Below are positions 37,495-50,919 of a stretch of 64,000 bases of DNA, piece after piece. Position numbers and translations under genes: made by a program. The first letter of the stretch is position 1; the number at the start of each line of letters is the position of its first letter. The notes under the pieces were generated by a model that ran no database searches, was not told the origin of the DNA, and worked only from the letters and a program-made list of their open reading frames with translations. The stretch is from Hydrolagus affinis (taxonomy: Eukaryota): the NCBI GenBank assembly GCA_012026655.1, contig JAAILG010001045.1, positions 1 through 64,000 on the forward strand, read 5' to 3'.

Positions 37495-38367
37495 ATTCCA
37501 GGACTACTTGTGTCCTGACAGATTACCTGTCAGACATCCATCCAGTCCTGGATGAGAGACAGCTTTCTACAGCTGAATGTCAGCAAAACCGAGGCCCTCC
37601 TGATTGGCTTGCACCAGTGCCTCCACAACTCAGGCACTGGCAGCATCTGCATTCACGGATGCATATTCCACCTAACCAAGCCAGTCAGGAACCCGGGTAT
37701 CCATGCCATGACCAGCATCGCCTTCCACCACTTCCACAACATTGCCTGTCTCCATCACTGCCTCATCCCTTGCAGAAACCCTTACACATGTGTTTGTCAC
37801 CTCAAGGCTCAACTATGGCAGCTCCCTCCTTGTTGGCCTCCCCTCCACAAACTGAAGATCATTCAAAACTTGTATCCTCTTCCGCACCAGGCTCTGCGAA
37901 CCCATCACCCCACCCTCACCCAGTTCCACTGGCTGCCCATTCCTCAGAGAATCGAATTCAAGATTCTTGACCTTACTTTCCTTGCCCCCTCCTACCTCTC
38001 TGACCTGCTGAATCCTATCAATATGTCCGCTCCCTCCTTTCAGCAGACTCCGCCTTCTGCATGTCTCCTGTCCAACCCGCCCTACCATCGGTGGTCAGGC
38101 CTTCAACCTCTCTGCCCCCACACTTTGGAACTCCATCCCACAATGCAATTGTCTTGCTGCCTTCCTCACCTCCTTCAAGACTGGCCTCAAGACCCGCCTG
38201 TTCAACCGTGCATTCAGTCGCCCTCTTACCTCTCTGCCCTCCCTCATCCCAACACTGCTCACCCATCTACTCCCCTGCTTGGGTCCCGACCGCTGACTGT
38301 TCAGCGCTTTGGTAAGTCCTCCTGACATGAAAGGTACTCTACAAATGTAATTTTGTTGTTGTTGTTG
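37495..38367 (+). mobile_element. L2 LINE 3' fragment (second subfamily)
   Basis: WMRDSFLQLNVSKTEALLIG..FHWLPIPQRIEFKIL; tail (GTT)n. Confidence 0.93.
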
Positions 38368-40989
38368 AGTTGGTGAATTCCTCTCTTCAAGTAAGTAATT
38401 TGTTATCTCCCTCTTTTACCTCTTGTCACCCAACTGCTCAGCCTCTCCCTCTGCTCAATCTGCTTCACATCTCCGATTCGCTCTATCCCACCAACTCTGG
38501 GCAAGCCTTTAACTATTCTGCCTTCGCTTTCTGGAACTCATTCTTGCCTCATTATGAGTGAATATGTACTCTAAATCTGGCTGAAACTGCTTAAAGTTTT
38601 AATTTGAAAAATCAGAATTCTGTCCCAATTTGGATGATTTCAGTTCTGATTCAACCATTCCTTTAAAAAACGATAGTGACAGTGGCAGTATCTGTATATG
38701 AGTATTTTGTCTTTTTTCTTCATGTAAAATGATGTAAACTAGGGGAAACGGTCTATGGTCAAGGTCTTGCCTTTATTCATGAAACTTTTTGTTGAGATTT
38801 GGATAAGATGAGTTTAGACAACAACAACAAAATTACACTTGTATAGTGCCTTTCACGTCCCTAGGCGCTGGTCAGTTTTCAAGCAAAAAACAGCAATGGA
38901 AAATCCACAATGTGGCATAGTGGAACATGCCTTCACAGAAAGCTTTTGATCCTGAAACAATTTCCTAAGCTATAATTGAACTTCAGCTTGCTGCATTTAC
39001 TGAAAGTCCAACGAGCTGAGTGTGGGCAATGATTTCCATTTGTAATTGAAGCACCTTTCACTGAACCTTACGCACTATCTCTAAAATGAAAAATGAGTCC
39101 TCTGAATTTCATTATATTCAATAAGGGTGTCAGCCTAGTTCAGTTGAGAGCACACGTGCCTCTGAGTCAGAAGCTTGTGGTTTCAAGCACCATGTCAGGA
39201 CTTTGAACTCACGGTCTGGTCTTACAGTGCTAAATTTTTCCGACTTCACTCTCTATAGTATTAAGTACAGTATACAAGAAATATATACTGTACAATAAAC
39301 AGGAAACAATTTACAGAAAGATTTTGAATGTTGGATTAAACTCAAAATAATTAGAATTTATATTTGTTTACAAATAATCCACAGCCGGCACTATCTTTTT
39401 ATTTACTGACAAGAAAATGCATATTACGGACAGGCAGAGCACCAGCTGAAAGGTTATGTTAACAACAAACTTTACAAAGAAATTAAATAGCCAGTTTGAA
39501 ATTTTACCAGTTACTTATATAATAAGGAAAACCAAATCTTTGCACAGACAACAAGTCGACAATGCAATTACCATAATACTGTTTTGCCTGAAGCACCAAT
39601 CTATCCTAATTTGGGGTTTGGAATCTGTGTCTTATAGTGGAATACAAAAGCCCACAGCCTGTAGATTCTAATGTGGAGCAGCAAAGTGTTTTCAGACATA
39701 GACCCTAGTGTCTGCAGCACTCACAGGAAGGAAGGTGATTGATTGATATGTCATTGCATCAGCATTTCAGCTTCCAAGGCAAAATGCAGTGCAGGATGGT
39801 GCCTCTTTACATTCAGTTTTCAAAACCTATACAGTAAAAGGTACAATGCTTCATACCAGATTCCATAATTATCAAATATCTTATTGAATCTGTTAGGAAA
39901 TTTTATATTTTTAATTTCTACAAAAGTCTAGCCCAGGGAATGAAAGCTCTCTTTCCAACTTCCCCTCCTGCCAACTTCTCCATAATGTATTTTCCCCCAA
40001 ACTACTCATGCTCCATTCCTGATCAGCGAGAATGATGTTCCATTACAATTCAATCAATGGGCAAATATACAGTTAATTCATGTTACAGCATGTTTCGTGA
40101 AGCGCTTTGAAACGCCTCATAGATGTGATAAGGAGCTACATCAAATGCAAAGAATATTATTATTATTATCCAAGGAGGCATTAATAATTTTGGAAAACTG
40201 TAATGCAATAGCACATTCGACAATTAACACATGTGGAATGAAACGCCTTATCCCCCCCCCCTTCCCCCCACCAACCCCCCTCCCCCCACTTTATTTTGAC
40301 GAATGTGAATAAGCGCTAGGTATTTATGTACAGCAATGACAAGCCCCAGGTAAGGATGCACATTTTCATCACAAGCCACAGATATGGATGTACACTTTAC
40401 AAACCCAGCTATAATACAGCTATAATAAATAGTGATGACAATAATTTTTGCATTTTATATAGTGCCTTATCATGTGGTTGAAACGTCTCAAAGTGCATCA
40501 CAGGATACACTGTAAAGTGGATTGACTGTGTATTTTGTCGGAGAAAGTATCACAACAATCACTGTGAGAATTCAACTTTAAATAAAATCTGTTCTTTGGG
40601 CACTGTAAGTGAACTCTTTAATTTCTGAAGAGTGAGAACTTGCACTTGCCTTGAGTATCCCTGAGCGAGAAACTGTTTTCATTAAATGCCTCAAAAAGCA
40701 GCTGGGAGATTAATGAGCAGAGAAAGTGTTTATTACTTTATTCACTCCTGACAAAGGGAAAATGGTACGTAATGAAGTTCGCACAGTGGAGACTGCTTAA
40801 GAACATATTTTATTATTTAAACTTTTTTTAATAGTTTTACACTATTTTTGATTTTTTTTTCTCACCAGGCTTCAACATTTCCTGTCTCCGTAAACACCAT
40901 TTCTTGTCAGGTTATTTGTTCTTGACGTCTGTCCATACTGCATTTCAGTGCGTGGGGGAGGTGGGGTGTGGGGGGTGTGTGTGATGGAT

Positions 40990-41165
40990 GACAACAACTT
41001 GATTTATGTAGCACCCTCCATTCCGGATGGCACCACAGCGTGCTTAGCAATGGCAGAGCCTGACGCTGTCCCTAGGTGCGGTTGAAGAGAAACATCTTCA
41101 GGCGTGACCTGAAGATGGTGAAGGAAGAGATAAGGTGAAGGAGTTGAGTGAAGGAGTTCCAAAGA
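40990..41165 (-). mobile_element. L2 3' end
   Basis: Tail variant matching that of the 19971 element. Confidence 0.7.
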
Positions 41166-41555
41166 TAAAAATTATTGATAGAAGCCTGGTTAAATTTTTC
41201 CCTTCCCGGCCCAAGATACTAAGGTCAACGTAAACCTACTTGCTGACGCTTTATTTTAAATCAGATTGAGATTGATGAGAGAATGGGGATTGGATTTGAT
41301 GCTATTTTCCAGTCTGTATCGTCGGTTGGTAATTTCGGATTACGCAATTTGTGACTAGCAAATCATGAATTCTAAGCTGGTTAAAAACCATAAAAAGGTC
41401 AACAATCTGCAGGTATGGTAGCCAAGAATTTTCTCAGCAGCTTCTATTTGCCAATTTAAGTGAGAAAAAATTCTGGGGAGACAGGCACATCACCTGTGCA
41501 ACCTGGCGAACTATGGCGTTCCCTCTATAGTCATGCATTGCCAAAGATTCTACCT

Positions 41556-41938
41556 ATAATCATAATCCTTGCATTTGATACAGCACATTTTACAATAGCA
41601 AGATATCTCACAGCATATACTGTAATGTACAGTGATTGTGTATTTGTAGACCAATTTGCACACAACAATGTCCCACAACCAACCATGAAGTGAATGATTC
41701 ATTTTATCTTGGGGATTGTTTAGCAAGGACACTGGAAACAAAATCCCTTTTCTTTTCTAATCGTGCCATACAATCTTTAATATCTATCAGAAGGGGCAAT
41801 TAGGACCTCAGTTTCACTCTCATATGCAGGACAGCACCTCCTATAATTCTAGATTGTGATCTGAAAGTCTTGATATGGGACTTAAACCCTCATCTTTCTT
41901 AGATGCTAGGGTCCTACCAACAGAGCCAAGCTGATACT
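41556..41938 (-). mobile_element. Deu-domain SINE, near full length, old
   Basis: Tail at 41556, core gacagcacctcc, head ccaacagagccaagctga on plus strand. Confidence 0.7.
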
Positions 41939-43102
41939 TAACACTTACTTGAATTTTTCACCAATAAATTTTCACACTTTGTAAACCTAAAGCAAGAATG
42001 AATTCAACAAATTTGGTTTATGATTATTGCATTCTTCACCCCAACCTAGAGAAATCTGCACTTGTGGATCTGACTCACTCAAATCTGGCACAATGACAGC
42101 ACAATGCTTGAGAGTTGGCATCAATACTGGTGGGAGTAGCAATATCTCAGATGCAATTTTCAAGCACTAGCTACAGAGGCCAAAAGCCACCAGGACTGTT
42201 GAACCAAGATAAAAAAGGAAATATATTATCTTTAGTATTTCCAATGATCTGAACATTAAGCGAGCGGTGGCCAGGATTTATTTTTTATCCAGTATTAACT
42301 ATTAACGGCTTAATTTCAGCCACCAAAAATTTATATACACAGTGTATCAAATGGTCATGTTATTGTGGTATGGCAAGGAAAACAGAGAATTCAGTCTAAA
42401 ATTGCAAAAGACTAAAATTATAGTTTAATATATTTAGATGTAAACTGAGCTGTGTTTGTACTAAACTAGTCTTAAAAGGGCCACCATCTACTTCATAAAA
42501 TGGTAAAAGCTTCCTGTTTTTTCCTTTAAAAAAAACATGATGGAGTATATGGAAATGCAGTAAAACCTGTTAAAATACATCATCAATAACAAGATAAAAA
42601 TTGTTCTCACTCCTGTCTTGTTTCCTCCCTGAAATTAGATGATTTCCCAAACATTTTTTTTCATGAAAGGCAATGCTGTGCAGCGAAGGTAAATATTTTA
42701 CTTAAGGGGCATTTTTAAAGCTAAAATCAAATTCAATTTTGCGGCAGCTGATTTTGAGTAAGTTTCGCTGTAACGATAAGATTGCTCAATCACAGTTAAG
42801 TTAAAGCTGAAAAATAAACAGCAGAATCATTGACTCTTCTCTGACCATTGATGCAATTGACATCTCAAACAGTTAAAGAAACATCACTCCTAAAGAGGAA
42901 AGCCTGGTTATAAAGAAAGGGATCTAAAGATGGTGAGGGAATGAGCAAGGCAAAGGGATTCTGGGATAGAGTTTTCGATAGCAGGGGTCAGAATGACTGC
43001 AACCTCGTCCAACGATAGGAAGATCGGGCAAGAGACTTAAAAGTAAGCCGCTGATTACTGAGAGCAGCCAGGAAATGAAACTTTATGCAAAGTGGTTTAG
43101 AT

Positions 43103-43382
43103 CAGTGGTTCTCAACCTTTTTCAGTAATGTACCCCGTATTAATTTTCAACATTATCGTGTACGCCCACCCAACCACATACACACCACCCCCCTATTCCA
43201 CTTGCATTTTATGACCAAGCTTTTCTTATATAACAAAATAACTAGCACATACAAAACAAGGAGAATAATAATTAAATGTACAATTTGGAAGGCTATAAAA
43301 CACTAAATAAAAGAGCTAAATAAATCAATGTACCGCCATCTGTACCCCCTGGGGTACATGTACGCCTGGTTGAGAACTGCTG
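43103..43382. mobile_element. hAT (Charlie-like) MITE, complete, 280 bp
   Basis: TIRs CAGTGGTTCTCAACC / GGTTGAGAACTGCTG; perfect 8-bp TSD GTTTAGAT at 43095-43102 and 43383-43390. Confidence 0.95.
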
Positions 43383-43639
43383 GTTTAGATGGTGGTGACA
43401 AACCAAATTATTGTTGCCAGACACATGAGATTGCCCATTGCTGAAACTGAGTGTGACAATGGATTAACAGAACATAATCTACATCACCATTTTAAAATAA
43501 ATTCACATTACTGCATGCCTTTTTAGAAATAGGGTTTTGCACAAAACAGGAATGTATGATTATATGATGAATACATAATTGATACACTGTACAGTAAAAT
43601 GCTCTGTTAATTTCAACTATTTGATAATGCTTTGTTGTA

Positions 43640-43822
43640 CCATAGCCCAGTGGTTAGAGCACTCGCCTTTTAAATGAGAGACATAGGTTCAATTCCAGAC
43701 AGGGAGAAACCTTGGGCAACTTTCCTTACTCCACATACCTGATAATTATCCCTGTACAAAACAATAATAGACTGGTCATTTCAATCCATGACTGTTTGTG
43801 GGACACTGTGCGCGATTGGCTA
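43640..43822 (+). mobile_element. tRNA-derived SINE, 5' half
   Basis: tagcccagtggttagagcactcgcc..ggttcaattcc..gaaaccttgggcaa. Confidence 0.88.
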
Positions 43823-44120
43823 AATAACTAATGATTTTATGCATAACTCTTCTAACATTCAGTCTTCCTAAACCAGCCCAGTTTTGTTCAAAGTACTAAT
43901 TGCATTCCTTGGAGCTAGGTTTCATTACTGAATTGTGTTTTATTGCACTGTGGGCATTGTGCAAAGTTTTAATAATGAACATTAATTGGTCTTACAGTCA
44001 TCATTTTGCTATTTTTAAATCAGATGAAATGCAGAGGAGTCATCCTTGACGTATCTGATAGGACACAGTTTTATATTTTTAGTTGCACTAATGCTTTCTC
44101 GAGGTTGTCTTTACTTGTGG

Positions 44121-44460
44121 AGCTCCTGTTGGCTTAGTGGTTAGAGCACTGGTTAGAGCTCCTGTGGCTTAGTGGTTAGAGCACTTGTCTTGCAAGCTGG
44201 GGAGACCAAGCTGGGGAGATCTGTGTTCGAATCCGGGCAGGTCAGGGCGAAACCTTGGGCAAGTTCCTTACTCCACACGCTTAATACTAATCCATCGCAA
44301 AAAAAACACAATAATAAAATTGGTCATTTGAATCCATGACTGTTTGTGGGACACTGTTGTGCACAATTGGCTACTGCATTTCTCTGACATATATACAGTC
44401 AATTCACTTTACAGCATATTCAGTAAAGGAATATTATGATTATTATTGTTATTATTGTTA
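44121..44460 (+). mobile_element. tRNA-derived SINE with tandem duplications in the head
   Basis: Duplicated A-box segment and duplicated caagctggggaga; B box gttcgaatcc. Confidence 0.9.
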
Positions 44461-44619
44461 TAGTCTAAGGTGACGCTTCACTGCAAGAAACTTCTGTTGG
44501 TCTGATCAGGTGGACACTAAAGATCGCATGGCATTATTCAAAAAGGGAAGGGAGTTTCTCTTAGGACCTATCCAATAAACCTCTGGAAATGTGGTCATTC
44601 ACTTAATTGCCTATTATCA

Positions 44620-44950
44620 CCAAAGGAGGAGACAGTGAATGTTTTCATTAGTTGGTGAGTCAGTAACTAGAGAAATTTAAGATAGTTAGTAAACAAGCTA
44701 ATGGGAAGGTTTGAGGATTTTTTCCCAATACAATATAGTAAGGATATGCAATGCCCTGCTGGGAGCAGTGGTTGAGGCAGATTACATTGGTTTTAAAGCA
44801 AGAACTAGACAAATACCTTAAAAAGAATCAACTGCAAGTCTATAGCAAAACATTGGTAAATGGTACTGGAAGGATTTCTCTGAAGGGTGCCAACACAGAT
44901 ATGGTGGGCCAAATGGGCATTCTCTGAGCCATAATTGTCCATGGTCCATG
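44620..44950 (+). mobile_element. CR1 3' fragment, old
   Basis: gcagtggttgaggcaga..tttaaagcaagaactagacaaatac..gggccaaatgg. Confidence 0.65.
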
Positions 44951-45960
44951 GCTGGCTTTGACATATTGGCAACCATATTCACCTGAAAAATAATCATTAC
45001 AATTAAGAGTGGGTCCGGTGAAGAGCTTGAGATATCCTCCTGACATGAAAGATGCTATATCACATGCAAGATTTATTAATTATTTCGTTATGATTTCTTA
45101 ATAATGAGAACTCTTTTGGATAATCAGAAGTATATAATGTTAGGCCAACCCATGGATCTGAGCTCCAAAAGTTGATCATAATGGAGTCCCTGCAGGTCAG
45201 GATGACGTATTTCCAGTTTCCCTATCAAGGAATCCTTTTAGATGTCATAAGATCCAAAACTCCTACATTACATTCAAATAAGGTGCTGAGTTACCAAACG
45301 TATCCTATTAGCATTATTCATTGAATAAGCTGTATGTGGCATTATTTATTTTTAATTGTTATACCAAAATACTGTACATCCAAAGTTCATAAAAGACAGA
45401 AGTATTTTTAAAGGCATTGTTCAGCATAGTACAGTGAGAAATATTGAATGCAATGTTTCTGCCAGCCTTCGAAAAAGCAAATAGGTCAAAGTTCTATGAA
45501 TGAACTCAGTTTCTACATTTTGTTTGTATACTGGTTGGGGCTCATCACTTGCACAACACTGAAGTCATTCTTTAAAAGGATTTTAGAATGTATTATGCAC
45601 ACTGCAGGTAAATCATTTTGCATCTCAATTTGCACACTGAGTAAATTTTTCTTGGCACAATACTCAGTTATGTAGGTTAATTCAATCCTGCCACATTAGG
45701 GAATTATTCTGTTCATGTAGTACACACAAAGAACTCTGCTGTGAGCCATCCAGTAAGTTTTGGATGTTTGGTATTTATTTGATTAAAAGTATTTTTATTT
45801 TTTATATCTTTAAATTGTTTCTTTTGCTTTTAAAATTAGTGAACCGATCAAGAAAATTTTAAATTGGGGAACAGGATTCCCATATGTTTGCCAGCTAAAA
45901 TTAAAAGTAAAAAAGGAGTTAAAATAAGTTATAATGGCTAAAATTTTAAAATTAGAGTTG

Positions 45961-46217
45961 AAAAATTCAATCTGGAACTAAATATGCTCTATTTAGGTAT
46001 CATTTCAGAACATTGAGAGTTTGGAAACTTCATAAATCCTTTATTGAGTATTTCATTCTTTATTTTTAAAAACATTTTTGAAGTTGGTTTTCTGTAAGTT
46101 CTTATGAACTATAGAAAACCAACTTCAAATTTAAGACTGAATCCAACAATTTGTCAAACTTTGTATATTTCTGAAATGAAACATAAATAAAGTAAATCTA
46201 GACCCAGATGGAATTTC
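45961..46217. repeat. Degenerate ~255-bp palindrome with near-perfect central hairpin
   Basis: 17-bp perfect arms 46077-46093/46113-46129; diverged outer arms. Confidence 0.8.
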
Positions 46218-47344
46218 TCCCAAATGGTCTAGTCTATTCTGACTAGAGGCAGAAACTATTCAGCTGAGGTTGGAGATGGCGGGGGGTTTAGCGGTGGGGA
46301 GGGGGGCGGGGGGCGGTGGTGGGGTATTAATCCTAAAACTTGCTGTTAATTACTAGACAGAACCAGAGGCTGCTTTATAATCAGTCCTTGTGATAATTAT
46401 TGAATCAGATACCATCAATTACTCCCCAATCTCTCTCGTTCCTCCTAAATGATAAAAAAAAAATTCAGCCTAGTACAGTACGTACTCTTTTATTTCTGGG
46501 CCATGCTCAATACTACATTTTATTCAAAATGTTATGTGCAGTATCTCATTTGAACTTTTAAATCTATCTTTAAGGTGGAACTAATGAAGAAATGACAAAT
46601 TGAGACTTCCCACAGACAGGCATCTTGTCAAAGGAATAAACACCTTTCAATTCTCTCACACTAAAAAAATTGCGACTCCTAATGGCAGAACCTCTGAAGA
46701 TGGGCCTAATGTTCAGATCATGCAGCAAAGCCTTCCATGTCCACATCTGGTTAGTCTTTTAATAAACAAAAAAGATAGTGTAGTGGATATCCCTCTACCA
46801 TCAATTGGAAGCAGTGATCCACAAGCCATATGTTCATTACACTGCTTCTCAGATATCACCATTGAGAATGTTTTGGGTGGGGGGGGGGAGGGGGAGAAAA
46901 TCATGATTCATATCACACTTACTCAGTTCCATTTATAGAAAAATAAGAAAAGAGGAACAGGAGGAAGCCACTCAGCCCATTGAACCTCTTCCGTAAGCTT
47001 ATTAGATCTTGAAAGATGCTACACCCCTTATACCTCAAAACCTGATGCACTGATTAGGAAATGTTGTTTCCATATGGGTCACTTAAATGCTAACATTATA
47101 TTTAGGGTGTACTACCCAATGTCTTGGCCAAATAAACTACAAATGCATTGGCCATACATGTTCTGGCTGTTTGTGGAAATTTGCTATATGGAAATTGGTT
47201 GCCAATTGTGCCTATAAATATAGAGTTGGGCAAGGATGGGGTTGATGTGGTCATGAAGCCTAGTGTGAGACATGACACTGGTTGCAGAGTTCTGGATGTT
47301 CCACAGGCAAATATGTAGTCAAGCCAGTCAGGACATTCTAAACA

Positions 47345-48584
47345 TCTGCAATCAGGGCTCTCTCTGACTCCTTGTCCTCCTCGACGTCTCTTCCGCCTTC
47401 GACACTGTCAACACTCCTCCATCCTTCTACACCGCCTTTCCTCTCAGCTCAATCTTGCCCTTGCCTGGTTCAACTCTTTACTTAACTCTCTCATCATCTG
47501 TACTTTGTCACCGTAAACTGCTTCTCCTCCATCCCCTGCAGTATCATGTGTCGTGTTATCCAAGGCTCTGACTTTGGCCCTCTCCTTTTCAACATCTATA
47601 TGCTTCCCCTTGGCAATATCATCCACCTACATGAAGTTAACCTCCATAGGAATGCGGATGATATCCAACTCCATCTCTCTGCTTTCACCCTCAATTCCAG
47701 GATCCCTGCTGTCCCGACACACTGCCTGTCGGACATCAAGTCCTGGATGAGAGATAACTTTCTACAGTTGAACGTGAAGAAGACAAAGGCCCTCCTGATT
47801 AGTTTGTGCTAGTGCCTCTGCACATAAGGCGCTGGTAGCATCACCCTCCATGGATGTACACTCCACCTCACCAAGCTAGTCAGGAACCTAGGTTCCTTGT
47901 TCGACCTTCAATTGTCTTTTCTCCTCCACATCCATGCCATGATCCGCTTTGCCTTCCTTCACCTCTGCAATATCGCCCGACTCCACCACTACTCCACTCC
48001 AGGACGCTGATACTCTCATTCACATCAATGCCCTGCTTATTCGCCTTCCCAACTCCTCCCTCCATGGGCTGCAGATCATTTAGAAATCTGTAGCCCATGT
48101 CCTGCTCTACAACCCTATCACCTAATTCTCTCCTGACTCCACTGGCTTCCCATCACTCAGAGATTCAATTCAAAATCCTGGTCTTCACCTTCAAAGCCCA
48201 CCATGGCCTTGTCCCACCCTACCTCTGTGGCCTCCTAACCCCCTACCAACCTGTCCACTATTTTCACTCAGCAGGCTCCGGCTTGCTCCATGTCCCCTGA
48301 TCCAACCACCCCACCATTGGTAGGCGAGCCTTCAGCAACTCTGCCCCAATGTTTAGAATTCCATCCCACAATCCCACAGCCTTACCTCCTCTGTAGCATC
48401 CTTCAAGTTCCGCCTCAAGACCCTCCTCATCAACTATGCCTCCCCAACCCCCTTCCCTCCCTTTCCTCCACACTCCCTGATCCCAACCCCAACTCGGGTC
48501 CGAAACATTGACTGTCCAACGCCTTGGGATGTCCTCCCAATGTGAAAGGCGCTATACAAATGTAATTCTGTTGTTGTTGTTGTT
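47345..48584 (+). mobile_element. L2 LINE RT and 3' fragment
   Basis: QGSDFGPLLFNIYMLPLG, ADDIQLHLS, WMRDNFLQLNVKKTKALLI; intact tail. Confidence 0.95.
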
Positions 48585-50907
48585 AGTTCCAATGAGTCAT
48601 TGAAGACATTGTGTGAGAACTAATATTTAAATAGGATTGATATTGAGGGCACAAAAGGCGATAGTAAACCCCAAGAAGCCATATCAAATGATCTGATTTG
48701 TGGGAAAGAATTTTTTTTTGCTGAATTCACTGTATTTCAGCAAAACTGGGTCACTGAATTCAACATCAGGAAATCTATACATCTCTTGATAACATCTATG
48801 AGCTTTGGTTCCTCTGATACAGAACTGTCTAATTCATGTTCGTTTTGAGACCTGGAGCAAACCTCAATCTAAACCACTCAGCACATGGGTAAAGCTACTG
48901 CTTCGCAGTGACATTTGGATGGCACTGTGTCTGTAGCGGCACTGGGAAGGACAAGTCCTTGCTGTCTTGCCTTTCGACAGCAGAAATAAATCATGCTGCA
49001 CACTGGAGGATACCCTTCCAGGCTGCACACTGGGAACTTCATTACATGTGCTGTGCCACATATTACTATGCATATTGCCACCGATTGGGCACCTTCCTAC
49101 ATCCGCAGCCTATTTCTGTCATCCTCACGAGCGGAAGAAATCATTTTCAGGTTGAGACACATATAGGCTGAAAAAGAATGACTTTGAACAGCTCAGAAAC
49201 TCAAGCATTACTAAAACAACTCCCAGTGGATCAAGCTTTGCCTGAAAAGCAGTAGTCCAGGCTTACAGTACACAAACTAAGTAGTTCCACTATGAGACCT
49301 TTCATACTCACTGCTAGAGTTTTAAGCAAAGGTTCAAGAATTAATTATTTAAACCATCAAATTGCTGAGAGGTATTTTTTTTTCTGTTTTACTATTTCCA
49401 CAAGGGTAGAAGGAGGATATCTTACACCAGAATGTTTCTGCTCTAATTTAACTGCTAAGTGTATGCTTTTTAAGAAAAAATGTTAATTCCTTCTACCCAT
49501 TCATTTGTGTGACATATGAAGTGTAAAGCTTGGAGAATAAAGGATCCTTGGGATTGATTCCAATTGAGACAAACAGATGACATCAGGGGTTACAAGAAAA
49601 GCTGGAATGGTTTATAACCACCATTGAGATTGTATGATGCTTTTAAATGATTCAAGCATTCTTGCCACTTTTACACTATAACACTATTTCTGGAGTCGTG
49701 TACTTGGTGTTTTGTTTTGGCCCAGCGCCAGTGATAAACCCTACTGGCATCTGATGGCATTCGCACTGAAGAATTTAATAATTCGAACAGCATTACTGCA
49801 AGGTTAAGCACCTTGGGACTTCCTTCCCAAGTAAAAGGCGCTGATACAAATGTAATTTGTTGTTGTTGTTGTTAACAAGAAATGATATGCAGTTCATTCT
49901 AAACATGAATGTTTATAATTCAACAAGCCCCTTTCTCCTTTCTCAGCAGGCAAATAGTAATCTTGAAAGTCTGCATCAATTTAAGGCTATTGTACTTGGA
50001 GAGGGAGGGGGGTGGTAAGAGGGGTTAAACTGGCTCCAATGTTACATGTTTGGCAACGGCATATTAGAATAGAGTCAACTCTATGTGGCAGTTTCACTGG
50101 TACAGTTGCTGAGGTAGGTGGGTCGCAGTACTCAGGGGGCACTGCTGATACAGCCTGGCTTCTCAGAAGGACCTGGCAGCAGCGATTCTTCCCTGTAATC
50201 CAAAGCCTTCATTGTCGGGTGCTCCTAGCTGGACAACAGTGGAAAGCTGCGAGATAGTTCTTTCAATAACAATCTATGTGTTTTTAGTTGGTTAAGCTCC
50301 AGCATATTCTTAAGACTTGGAGACCACATACTTGGATGCCTCAAACCTTGGCTCTTGTCAATCTGTGCCTTATATTCTCTCTAACTGATTAAGCAGTCAA
50401 TGTCTGAAAGGGAGAGTGTGCATTGCACACAGGAATATTTCCATATGTAGGTGGCTTACATATGTGGAACTCTCATTCTGGTTTAAATAAACACGGTGAT
50501 AGGTTTCTGCATATCTAGACTGACTTGTACAGTACACCCATGACATGTTTATATTATTCTGAACTATCCTATTATGGTGGGAAAATGTTGCACCAATAGT
50601 GTCTCCACCACCATTACACATATTGCTGTTTCCCCCACTTTCTACATTTATAGTATCAGTGAAACTTGTGCCTATCTTTGGACTTTAAAAGCCCCTGTTA
50701 TACCAAGAAAAGCCCCAAGCACCTCCACCCTTCCTCCCTCTATTTCCTCACATGGTTGGGTGCGGTGTTCTGTTCCTCACAGCACACCAAACCACATCCA
50801 AACCTCCCATTATGTCATTCAGAAAAGCTTCAAGTCAAGCTTGAAGCTGAGGAAAAGCATGAGTGACTTAATACACCTCGCGCAAGATTTCTTCTTGTTC
50901 TCCGCAG

Positions 50908-50919
50908 GATTTATAACAG
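50908..50919 (+). other. Candidate 12-nt microexon
   Basis: tttcttcttgttctccgcag|GATTTATAACAG|gtaaaa. Confidence 0.45.

Noticed and set aside
37368-38325. 257-aa and 200-aa ORFs
   Set aside because: L2 remnant drifting in and out of the ORF2 frame; no sign of domestication.
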